Part shown: one piece after another, positions 15,001-36,900 of the stretch | Numbering within the stretch: the first letter of the stretch is position 1 | Layout of the letters: the number at the start of each line of letters is the position of its first letter | Source: Balanoglossus misakiensis | Taxonomy: Eukaryota; Animalia; Hemichordata | Direction of reading: 5' to 3' | Length of the DNA: 64,000 bases | Assembly (NCBI GenBank): GCA_040954595.2 | Contig: CM082578.2 | Span: 14,616,998 to 14,680,997, forward strand | The notes under the pieces: generated by a model | Seen by the model: the letters and a program-made list of their open reading frames with translations, nothing else | Databases searched by the model: none | What the model was told of the DNA's origin: nothing | Made by a program: the position numbers and the translations under genes

Positions 15001-15070
15001 TTTCTGACGATTTTCATGAGCTATAACCCATGATTTCTTCAAAAATCGGCCAAATTTCGAAGTTTGGAAA
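1..15070. repeat. 87-bp tandem satellite array (~173 monomers) in alternating orientation blocks
   Basis: Monomer TTATAGCTCATGAAAATCGTCAGAAATCGCCGATTTTTCGACTTTTCCAAACTTCGAAATTTGGCCGATTTTTGAAGAAATCATGGG; period 87 (copies start at 231 and 318). Approximate blocks: + 1-1158, mosaic 1159-1310, - 1310-1966, mosaic 1967-2135, + 2135-3138, - 3139-6027, + 6028-9187, - 9188-15070. Confidence 0.98.
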
Positions 15071-15405
15071 ATCATCAGAAAATGACAATTTTTCGACTTT
15101 GCGAAATTTCAAAATTTCGTCGATTTTTGAAAAAATCATGGGTTATAGCTCATGAAAAATGACAAAATCATCAAAATTGGCGATGTCGAATTTTTTTCAT
15201 TTCTGACAATTTTTATGAGCTATAACCCATGAAAAACGTCCAAAAATGACAAAATCATCAAAATTGGCGAAGTCGGAATTTTTTCATTTTTGACAATTTT
15301 CATGAGCTATAAAAATATCCCAAACTGACAAAATCACAAAAGTTTGCAAAGTTCGTGTTTTGTCATTTTTGATAATTTTCATGACCTATAACCAACGAAA
15401 ATGTC
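15071..15405. repeat. Degenerate satellite-derived tail (about 4 diverged monomers)
   Basis: Retains CATGGGTTATAGCTCATG (+, ~15137) and ATGAGCTATAACCCATG / CATGAGCTAT / ATGACCTATAACC (-, ~15215, 15301, 15381) with rising divergence toward unique DNA. Confidence 0.85.
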
Positions 15406-15813
15406 TTATTTGGTTATTTGGATGTATTATGGTTGATGTCAAGTACAATCGAAGAACGCAATTAATTTGTTGATGTTGTTGCTGGAATATGATTCAGCAG
15501 TTTATTCCTTTTGGCATAATCTTACATTTCAATGTCATCAATTCTGTATCGACAACTGGCTCAGTCGATGTAGGCCTACTGAGAAATACCAATATGTGCG
15601 TTTTGAATGACTGACTCTTACTTCGAGATGAGCGTGAATCGATATCCTTCCGATGTCATGGTAACTACAACATTCGGTTAACACAATTTCAAAATAACAA
15701 GTTTTATAAATCATCAATCGTGTCATTTTAAGGCTAACGCATGTAAATATCTTTCATCTTGTAAAAACACATAAGTAAAAAATTATATGATGTCTCCTTT
15801 GGCAGCACGAAGA

Positions 15814-27050
<11,237 letters not shown>

Positions 27051-27623
27051 CACTGTCGAGTGTACAACTCGCATCAGACTAGGCGTCGAACAGAAGTTCT
27101 TCTTCCGCTCGGAGGGTTATACCGATGCGGTAACCAGTGAGTCAGTCGGGAACGCCTCTCCTCCGTCTAACACCGAACTCGTGACGTTCAGGTGTCGCGC
27201 CGTACAAACACAACATTCATATTGCACTCAGCTGTACGTGACCACGTATCGTTTACAATTTCTAGGGCGCCCTCAACGCCGTTATGTCAACCATGTTTTC
27301 CGTCTCGACCGAGGCGTAGACCACCCTTCCTGATATTTTTAGTTTGAAGAAGAAAAGAAACTTACTTCGGCGTTCTCCCGAGATCTCAATGCAACAACAG
27401 ATGTGGGACAAGATATATGTATTGGGATGGTAAAGTAAAAGTATGCAGAAATCGACGATGACAAAAAAACAATCATTCAAATGAGTTGAATGGTTTCAAA
27501 AGACTTTATTCAGACGTGCTGGGTATAATTTACGAGAAAGAACAAAATATTCAGAGAATGATGAAGAATTTTACGAAGACGCATTTAGCTGATGACTTGA
27601 TCTCATGTGGTCCAATTCACCCT

Positions 27624-29200
27624 TTAAACTGAGTGACAGTACGGATCTGCAGTATGGGCATAAAAATAAGTATTAGTTGTCTAAGTTTTACAAGATATGC
27701 ATTACTGCGATGCTCGCATGCATACTGTACATACTTCGTCTTATCTTATTAGCATTGTTTGGCTTATCAAGCCTTTAATGTGAATCTCAAATAAACATAT
27801 GTGGAAACTCAACTTCACCTACCTGGTATTTGGCAGATGATTCCCTTGGGACGGAAATCACAGTATTCATCGTCCCAGAGACCACCATGGCCGAATCTGA
27901 ACCTACAGGAACGAAGATATGAATATGTATTACACAATCAGTTTACACATATTGTGAAATCAACATTACCCAAAGGGAACTGTAATAGGGGCAATGTTTT
28001 TATGCATGTCGTTCTTAAATCTACTTTCTTCTGCCATACTAGTAAGAATAATAAGTTTTTGACGACATCAGACCATACCCGGGTTCTCCTGTTAGTATCT
28101 TTGCGTTTTCTTACCAAAGTTGAACACAGTCTTGTCCGTCGGAGTTCCTTCGCACATTGTTGTTAGGCTCATTTGTAGCCCAGTTGCGGTAGTCGTCCAT
28201 GCAGAGGCTCTCGCCATCATCCCATGTGTATTCGCCCTCGGCAGCTGCGTCTCCAAGACCTATCCAGAAGCCAAATCTCTCGATGCATGGACTCACGTCC
28301 AATCCGTTGTCTGTGATGAAGGTTCTCACCTCCGTATCGAGTGCCGCTCCCCTCAAAACAGCGAGGCGACCGCCTGGACCGCCAGGCAACACCGTGCGTG
28401 ACTCGCAGAATGCCTTGGCATTTCTCTGGTACGGTCTGTCAGTTTTGTCCTGCTGACAGTAAACCTCATACTTCATACACATGCAGTCTCCGTCTACATG
28501 TTTTGTGAATGTACCTGTGACGACAAAATAGTACGGCATGCAATTAACTTCGAGAGAGGGAATGTGCCAAGCTTTAGCTGCATGACGAAAATTAACAGCA
28601 CAACATATGTTAATATTAATAACGCTCCATTCACATGCAAGCTACGTCGTCAAGCGTTCACATGTAAGTTTCCGTAACGAGGAATTACTCACCGGCTAGG
28701 TTCTGTAGTATCCACGACAATGATTTTCGTGTAGGAAAAAAAGATAAAGGGTTTACACTTTAGATGCGAGCAAACAAAGTTGATCAAATCATTTTCGCGA
28801 CTTCGTCTGCTACAAATACAGAACGCATGGTGGGCATCACCATCAGTGGTATCAGACAAGGTGATAACATGATGCATGTAAAGACAATGACCGTCATTCA
28901 TGTTGACTTGTATAAACGACAAACGTACTCAGTAAGTAAGGGGCAGTGTTATCTTTTTGAGCGTCACGTCTGAATCGGTTCATGAGAAAATAACTTGCGA
29001 TGCGAGATTTTGCCACAGGATACGTACGCCTTGGGTTTGCATCATGACATTCAAATCATGAAATTACCAAGTTCAAATTAACGGGGTTAAATTAAGAGGA
29101 AAAAGTGGAACCCAGTCGTTAGAAAAGGGCTCAGTAGGAGAATACTCACGTAACAAGAAGCGTAGGCCACAAGACTCGCTAGAATGATGAGAGATTTCAT
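27624..29200 (-). CDS. Secreted single-domain C-type lectin (EPN motif; echinoidin-like)
   Basis: Exons 29150-29200 (signal peptide MKSLIILASLVAYASCY), 28693-28702 (microexon), 28115-28514 (FWIGL, WATNEPNN, QDCVQLW), ~27823-27902 (LWDDEYC...GIICQIP), probable last exon 27624-27646 (DPYCHSV*). An unspliced alternative would stop at 27815. Minus-strand AATAAA at ~27505-27510. Confidence 0.88.
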
Positions 29201-29451
29201 CGTCGTCTGTAAAAGATGCACAGATTTTTTTCATGTATTTTCATGATAGCTAATTTAAGAAGTTTTACACCTATAAAAAACTTGCATTTTCAGGAACAAT
29301 TTCCCTTAGTTTATAGCTCCGCATCGTCGAATGAACAACTTCCTTTTACCCTTTCAGAATACTTTCACAGCTTTGACTTCAAGCCCCTTAACAAGGTTGA
29401 AACGACGAAAAACAAGCTAACCGGAAAAAAAAGATCTCAATATGTAGAATT

Positions 29452-29542
29452 ACTCACTTGATATTGCAGTTCGTAATGAAGATTTCTCCGTCGTCGTTCA
29501 GTCTGCAGGGTGTCGATGTTCGGGAATCTGCTTGCTTATATT
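29452..29542 (-). promoter_or_regulatory. Probable TATA box and short non-coding first exon of the lectin gene
   Basis: Minus-strand TATAAG at ~29535-29540, GTGAGT donor at 29452-29457, and a TTTTACAG acceptor just upstream of the ATG at 29200. Confidence 0.5.
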
Positions 29543-30600
29543 GAGGAACACTCCCCCGGGGGTGCTACACCCAGAAAGGCTTCCACCCATTACTGAGATG
29601 AGATCTGAAGATTAACAATAGCATCCATTAGATGTGGCCTTGCTAATGAAAATCAAATCCATACGGACGATCCTAGATTTCTTTGAAATAGTGTCATTTC
29701 GAACATCTGTTTTCACAATATTTACTGCCTTCCACTCTGTCAAATGCACGTCATTGGCTTGGCAAGAGTGTCACAGGATTGACAAGCTGGTTTTACAATC
29801 TATTTGTAAACGACCCAGTAACCACTTTTCTCCGGAAATCTACAATAATAACAGCGGCACTTATCACTACATTTCCTTATTTTTGCCATCTGCCTAATGT
29901 TCCCGGCGAATCCAAATAAAAGGTTACTAAGTGCGGATCCACTTTAAAAGTATCAAAATAATACAATGCAATACAAAAGAGTTGCAATGTGGAAAATAAA
30001 TCTGGTTTTTATCTTTCCAGAATGGTATCAATATGGACAGAAATCTGGATATCTCTGGTTGAAATGCAATAACATATACCAGAACCTTTGATATGTCGCG
30101 GAAGCCAAAGTAAAGATGACCAACAACGGCAGAAGAGTTCAATCATACCGCCACCTCCGAACAGACTTTAATAAGTCTCGAAGCGAAAGTTTTAGCATCG
30201 ATGTGGAAACTTACTTTGGTGAGTCATTTTAAGCGAATTTCACAAGAGAAATGTTTATGGGTTTTCTAGTTTCTTTCTTAAAGAAGACCAGATATTATAA
30301 AGTGTTCATTTAAGAGTTAATGTCATGTGACGGTTTGATTGACAAATCAAAACGGATGGATCGTCGTCATGTTCGTGAAATGCTCTTGTATTTTTGACGA
30401 ATAAAAAGTGCCACTGCGTGCGTCAGCAGTGTATTATCTACAGACAAGGCAAATATGTTGTTTTAATATGTGTACGTGCTGTCATGGTTACTTTTGGTAT
30501 GCAGGGGGACGCCTCATAAAAGTGAAATTTTTACATTCCTGTTTTGAATGTGATTAACTTCTACATTATAGCCACGCACACTGTACACACCCGCACATTC

Positions 30601-30601
30601 A

Positions 30602-30632
<31 letters not shown>
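30601..30632. repeat. (AG)n microsatellite
   Basis: agagagagagagacagagagagagagagagag. Confidence 0.9.
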
Positions 30633-33600
30633 CGAAAGCTGTAAACCTTTGACTAAAAAGTCACATTCTTTCTGTTCAAGACGTTAAATACATGTAGGGT
30701 TACATATTTATATTTCCATCACTTCACATTATGCAGTCATTCGATAGATCCGTTCACGCCGTTATATTTCAACGACTGTATTATAAAAGTTAGGTTGGTA
30801 GACTTCGTTTTTGTTTTGTTATCTGGATACACCGTTTCGATATTGTGTTATGTCACTTGATAAATGGACATATTGGTCTTCGTAGAAAGGACGAAAATCT
30901 GAGTGTGAAAATCAAGTAGAATATGGGTTATGGTAAACAAAATGGGAAAGGTAGGTGAATACATTTCAGCAACAATTATGGAGCAACTCCGGAAGAACCA
31001 GACAGCCGGCAATATTCCGAGTCGGGAATATGCAAAACCACCGGACTACCCATTCAAGGCGACATGAAGTATACGTATATATTTCCAGTTTCGGTCAAGA
31101 ACCAACTTTTCCATCAGCAACTCGTAAAATTTTGCCGCATCTGCATACTACAAACAATGGTTACAACCCAGAGATTGGCGGCCATTTCAAATTTGAGACA
31201 ATTTAAGACAAACGGATCATCGTTAGCGCGGCATGACGGACCGTCCTCAGCCGAAACAAAATTGACACCAACGGCGCCCCCATGCGATCAACAAACAATA
31301 CAACCAGTAAATTTCCAATGCAAATTATCAAGCTTATCTACTATTGAAGAACTACATCATGCTATTAAAATTTGAGTTTATATATTTTGAACTCTAATAA
31401 CAGATCACTAGAGATGATCAGTCTGAACCAGCACGTCTTACATTGCGTAAGAGCTTTGGCCATCCTCCTATATATTTTAATTTAAAGGGAATGACAAGAC
31501 TCGAACACATTTTCGCAAACGGAAAACTTCGTGTCGGAAAATTACATCAAACAAATACAAACCGATACATGTATTCACCGGAGATAGCGATTTTATCAAA
31601 AGTAATGAAATGGTTCTATTTAAAAAAAAAAAAAGCTTACACGTCGAGTAACCCTGATCGCCCCCTTTTCGTTAAAGCAGAAATGGCAAACATTAAATTA
31701 ATTTAATTTGGTGGCAATTCGCAAGCATTAATTCCGGTCTAGTGAGCAGGAATTATGTAACATTTGCGAAAAGTTTTTTTTTTTCGATGATATTGGACAA
31801 ATCGATATTTTATATTGCTTGATGTTAATTACGTCATAGTCTGCTTCGAACGAAGCGAAATCAGGGACCAGTATATACCCTGTACATGGTAAATTAGCCT
31901 CATGGTAAAATGACTACACAATTTTAGATCCTACCAAGTCTTTTGAATTTCAGCTCTTACTAGAGATCCTCACCGCCAGTAGTTGATAGTGCTACGGACG
32001 TGTACAGAAGTTAACGCTGCCCTTAGTACGTAGGCATGCAACGAGGGCCAAGGGTCACTGGACTTAGATTTAGTCTTTGTTTGCGGGGAATGTTGGTGTT
32101 TTGAAGATGCTACAAAAAGAACAAGGTCAAACTATTGCAGTCGAATCCATTTGGAACATGTTATTAGCACGGAAAGCCACAAATATCGCATACCAGAAAT
32201 AAGTGCACCAAACTTTCTATCGTCAAGTCTCAACATAAGTTTGAACTCACTCAACCAAGTACGTTCCCGCCTCGGTACAAGACTTGCACAGCGTAATTTA
32301 CAAACGCAGTTCATCAACGTTGCCAAGTGATGTATTTAGACGAGTGAACCGAATGGGTGACGTCAGGTCCAGGGGCAGCAACACTGGAGACAAGAAATTC
32401 GATTTGTTCAACAAACAAGGGAAACGGAAAATGACGAGAGTCGTTTTGACCTTACGGTGATTGATGATTAGTCGTTTGTCTTCGTTCTATGTAGATAAAA
32501 AGACAGATGCGGTGGCAGTAAACCATCTAAACCGCAACTGTCTTGTCAAATACCATACTATTTTCTCTAAGACTTATAGAGCATGCGCGACAGTTTGTGC
32601 CCGTCAATCAAATTTTATCGCAGCGGTCTCTCCGTTCATGTTTATAGTAAACAAAACCACGTCAAAGAAACTGTAGAAAAGGCGCGGTCACAAGTGCATT
32701 AAACGATTGCAGTGAGGATTTTTAGCCACCAAGAAACAACCATCTTGACATCTTGCATCCAAGTACTGAGCCACTTAAGAAGCTACTTGGCACATGTACA
32801 TGTTGGAACAATAAAGACATTTGAGTAGAGAGTATAAAAAGGACGAAATGACTTCACAAAGTGTCACCAGCGAATCTTAGTAGATAAGCCTATTGCAACA
32901 AAATGCCGTTGACTCAAATCGCACATTTAAAATTATCGTTTTGTTTAACGTTACTGTCATAGTTCAAATTATTGAATTATTTATATAATATTACATTACA
33001 TTACACAATGACGATCCTTGTTTTATTCATGATTTCCTATGATACACTGATGGTCTCTCGGCTCTCTGACTGATATTGCGAACTTATGACAACGTGGTTT
33101 CTAATGATGAGACTCTGCAGTTTTCTAAATGATTCATAAATATTCATTATGCAGTACAGCTTTTATTTATAACAAACTCATTTTACTTAAATATTTTCAT
33201 GCCATAATATGATATTAATGTATACACGCATTTTCTAATGATTTCCAGTGATTACTGATGTCGTAATAAAAGGTTCAATGTGTCTACCGTCCTTGTAATA
33301 CACCCCAGCCTTGCAGTGAGAGTATCTGAGCTGATTTTTAACCTTGCTGGGTATTGAGTGAATTCGAACAGTAGGTGGCTCTTGTTTTCTGTCAAGACGC
33401 CAAATGCAGTGATGAATGGCGATGGGTCATTGAGCATGCGTGACCCTGAGGATTCATTGGTTTGTATATCCCTACCCGTACTATACTCTTAAAGCGACAA
33501 AATCGCTTGTGCGATCACACACAATCCCGCTGTACACACGATTGTCCCATGACTTGCTAACGAGGTCATTTTAGGAAAATTTGCTTGTATATTGGAAGTA

Positions 33601-33759
33601 AAATTTACGCGAGACGAAGAGCTGGCGTAAATGTCGAAAATTGTGCACTGAAGCTTACTAATCGGTGCAAAACATTTACTCTGTCACGGAACGCCAGGGG
33701 AATCGATACCCCCCAGATATGTCACACGAGACACAACATATGCTGGGGCTATCTAGTCA

Positions 33760-33830
33760 GGCGACCAATCACAGGCTAGCTAGGGAACGCGAATTTATTA
33801 GATCGCTGTTGTACGCAAGCCATTGGCGTT
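33760..33830 (+). promoter_or_regulatory. Candidate CCAAT boxes upstream of the transglutaminase
   Basis: GACCAATCA (~33763) and reverse CCATTGGC (~33820), 140-200 bp before the ATG at 33964. Confidence 0.4.
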
Positions 33831-33963
33831 AATTTAGGCCAGAACAGACAGTGCAGTGGAGTGGAACCGCATTAACTGTGTCATGACAGTGTGAGCTGGT
33901 CTGAAGTGTCGTACAAAATAGTGGGATTTTCTTTAACGGATTGCGAACAGTTTGATATCAAGG

Positions 33964-36900
33964 ATGAGTTCCGAAGAAGTTGCTGAGGTAGTGACTGGCG
34001 AGGCTGCCGAGGACATTAAAGCCGATGGCGGTGAGGCTTCTGTGGAAGACGCGGCTCCCAAGGACGAGACTGCTGATACGCCCAATCCGAAAGAAAACGA
34101 ACCAAGTCCCGCGGAAGGTGAAGCTCAGGCCGGTGAAAGCGCCCAGCCGGATGCCGTCGAAGGTGAGAGTGCACCGGCGAAGGCTGAGGAGGGTGTGGCC
34201 GAGGAAGTCGAAGAGCAGCAACCTGTAAACGGTGAAAGTGGCGCAGTTGAAGCGAAACCAGAGGCTGATGGCGCGGCTGAGGGTGATGCTGTTGTGGAGA
34301 CCGTGGACGCCAAGCCAGACGCTGAAGGTGATGCGGTGGGTGAGGCCCAGCAAGACGAGCCCGGGGAAAGTGATGTGGCAGAGGCCCCAGCAGCCGCAGA
34401 CGACGCCGTCGCCAGCGGAGAGAAAGATGAACAAGCCGGCGATGGAGACGCGGATGCGGCTCTTACAAGCGGAGAAAGTACCACGACGACCGAGACAACA
34501 ACAGTGGAGACGATTAAGATCGGAGGCGACGACGCCGAAGGGGAGGGCAAGGTGACCATTAAAGAAACCATCACTGTCGTCAAAACCACCAAAGTAGTTG
34601 AAAGCAGTATGACAGAAGAAATAGACCAGATTCTCAAAGAGATGACAGAAACCAGCCAATCATTGGCTGAGCTGGAGGAACCCAATGAAGAAGAAAAGGC
34701 GATAGAAGGGGATGAAACCGACAAACCCGAACAAGTGGTGGAACTGATCGTCAAGGAGGAAATACTCCAAGAAGAAGAAAGTCCCGTTGCAGAAACCGAG
34801 CCAACCGAAGAAGGCGCAAGCGAGCCTGCTGAAAGCTCTGCTAAGGAAGACGCAGATCTCGGCGGAGATGCAGCCAGTGATGAACCGGTGGCGCCCGCAG
34901 AGGGGGAAACGGCAGAAGAGCAAAAGGATGCGACGGAGGAAGAGAAGGCTAAGGAGGAAACGGAGAAGGCCGGGGATGAAAAGCCTAGCGATGAGATAAT
35001 AACAACCGAGGTGGAAAAGGAAACGCCAACGAGTACGACAGTCGTCAAAACAACTACTGTAACCACCACCGTGACTAAGAAACCAGTTAAGCGGCAATTT
35101 CACACAGCCGGGAGGAGAACCATCCCTAAGGAAGAGGCACCAAAAGAAAAACCCGAAGGCGGTGACGAAGGTAGGTGGAGTTCGAATGCCTTGCCGTCTA
35201 TCTGCGGGCCTGGTTAAATTGATATGTCTAATAATAACCGAGAAATTGATTGGTAAATTAAATTGGAGAATGCCAAGCTGGTATTTGAATCTAGTTAGAC
35301 AAATCGATGGCCCCTTTTTTCTCATTTATTATAGTACATTAAGCAAGCATCTTCCAGCGATGTGGCACTGTCATCTATTGTCGTTATGAAATTCTTTATT
35401 TATGGATAAACGCGCAAATTGCATATGGCATCCACGCATATCGACGAACATGTGAAATATTTTTAGCACGGTCGACGCATTTATCATGTGTGACCGCTGC
35501 TTGTCTGCGCAGCCGAGCCTAGATTTCAACTCTGATCTTTTGTCATAAAAGCTAAAAATAAAATCGCGTCACTGCACTATTATTTCTTGTCTGTATTTAT
35601 TCGTGCACAAACCGGGCGCATGTTGGTGGATGAAATATAAGATGCAAGGATGGTCTGGGTAATGGCCGAAATGTTTTACAAAAGTGTAACGATGATAGTA
35701 GCTTCGGAATTTTTGTTTACTCCAAAGAATGTAAAATTTTAATTTATGAGGAACCCGGAGCTCTGTACCCACGCTTTGGTGACCCCGTTGCTGTTAGTAA
35801 CCACATCCCCCCAGTAAAGGCGACGAGTATCAAATATTTTCCTCGAATTGATATCTCGCTTTTAGTAAGTTTTCAGATGAGTTTGTGGGCGCTAATAAGA
35901 GTTTGAAAGGTAATAATATTACAAACCAGGTGGAAGACTGTAGTATGTGATCGAGTATTGAATACTTAAGTTTCCATAAATGTTACACTTTTCAGTTATG
36001 TGTATAACGTAACTTATATGGTCAGTTAACACCGGATCCCCCAAGACTAGAATTATTTTTCTGAAAATAATTAGGAAATTGGATTCCTGGATATCACGCA
36101 CACCAGTATCCCACAAGATTTACAGTGGGTTTTTTTTATTGTGACGATATTTGATCTCCAGTTCAACTTCTTTTCACTTGTGTTTTGAGAAGAAAGTTTG
36201 TTTTCTGTTTTATAAAATACGAAATAAGGTTACCAAAATTTCAAGCGCAGTTCACATTTCGGACAACGCTTTTCACATTGTCATTAGAGCTCACCATTTC
36301 AAGGCAATCACGAAGAGGCAACATAAAGGGAATTTCTCGTCCGTCGTCTTTTACACTCCGCGGCACTGCCCCTCTCGAGCTCCGGTAAACTTGATTTTTG
36401 TCCTTTGCGGATTATCACTCATATATAATTATATTTCTCAGGTACCAATCTGCACCAAGCGCAGAGTCTATTATCTCATCCCGAAATACTAACCTTTTTT
36501 CAGAAAAGAAATTTGGGTGTTTTTCGGTGATCTATTCACAGATGGCGGTGCCATCAATAGTCGTTTGTTGTTACGTAATCGCTGACTGAACGCTAATATT
36601 TCGTTAATAATTAAGTTATTTAACTGTAAGTGGTGATGCAGCATGAAAGAAATAATATTTGAGATATTTATACGAGCACTGAATGCACACGTATATTTGA
36701 TGTGAGTCTGTGAAGGTCACCAATCACTATGCTCGTCTTAACATTTACGGAAACATTCCCACGCCTTGCATTTCAAAATAATTGACAAAATAATGTTAAC
36801 TGTACTAGTATATAAATTTAAGTTGAAGCAGGATTGTTTCAAACGACAGGCACTATTCAGAGTAACTCCTTGTAAGGAATAATTGATGAACACTTTAAGG

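Noticed and set aside
1-15070. CRISPR array or CENP-B box interpretation
   Set aside because: No unique spacers and a eukaryotic context. TTCGAAGTTTGGAAA only loosely resembles the CENP-B box and lacks the required TTCG-N4-A-N2-CGGG spacing.
143-15075. Long ORFs of repeated SWVIAHENRQKSPIFRLFQTSKFGRFLKK on both strands
   Set aside because: 87 is divisible by 3 and one of six frames lacking a stop in 29 codons is unremarkable. The ORFs flip with array orientation, are broken by indels, and show no synonymous divergence.
29600-33900. Short ORFs and a CRE palindrome (TGACGTCA, 32358) in the intergenic region
   Set aside because: No recognisable domains or exon chain; a single 8-mer is expected by chance.
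33958-35325. Antisense and alternative-frame ORFs over transglutaminase exon 1
   Set aside because: Shadow ORFs of a GC-richer, low-complexity coding exon.
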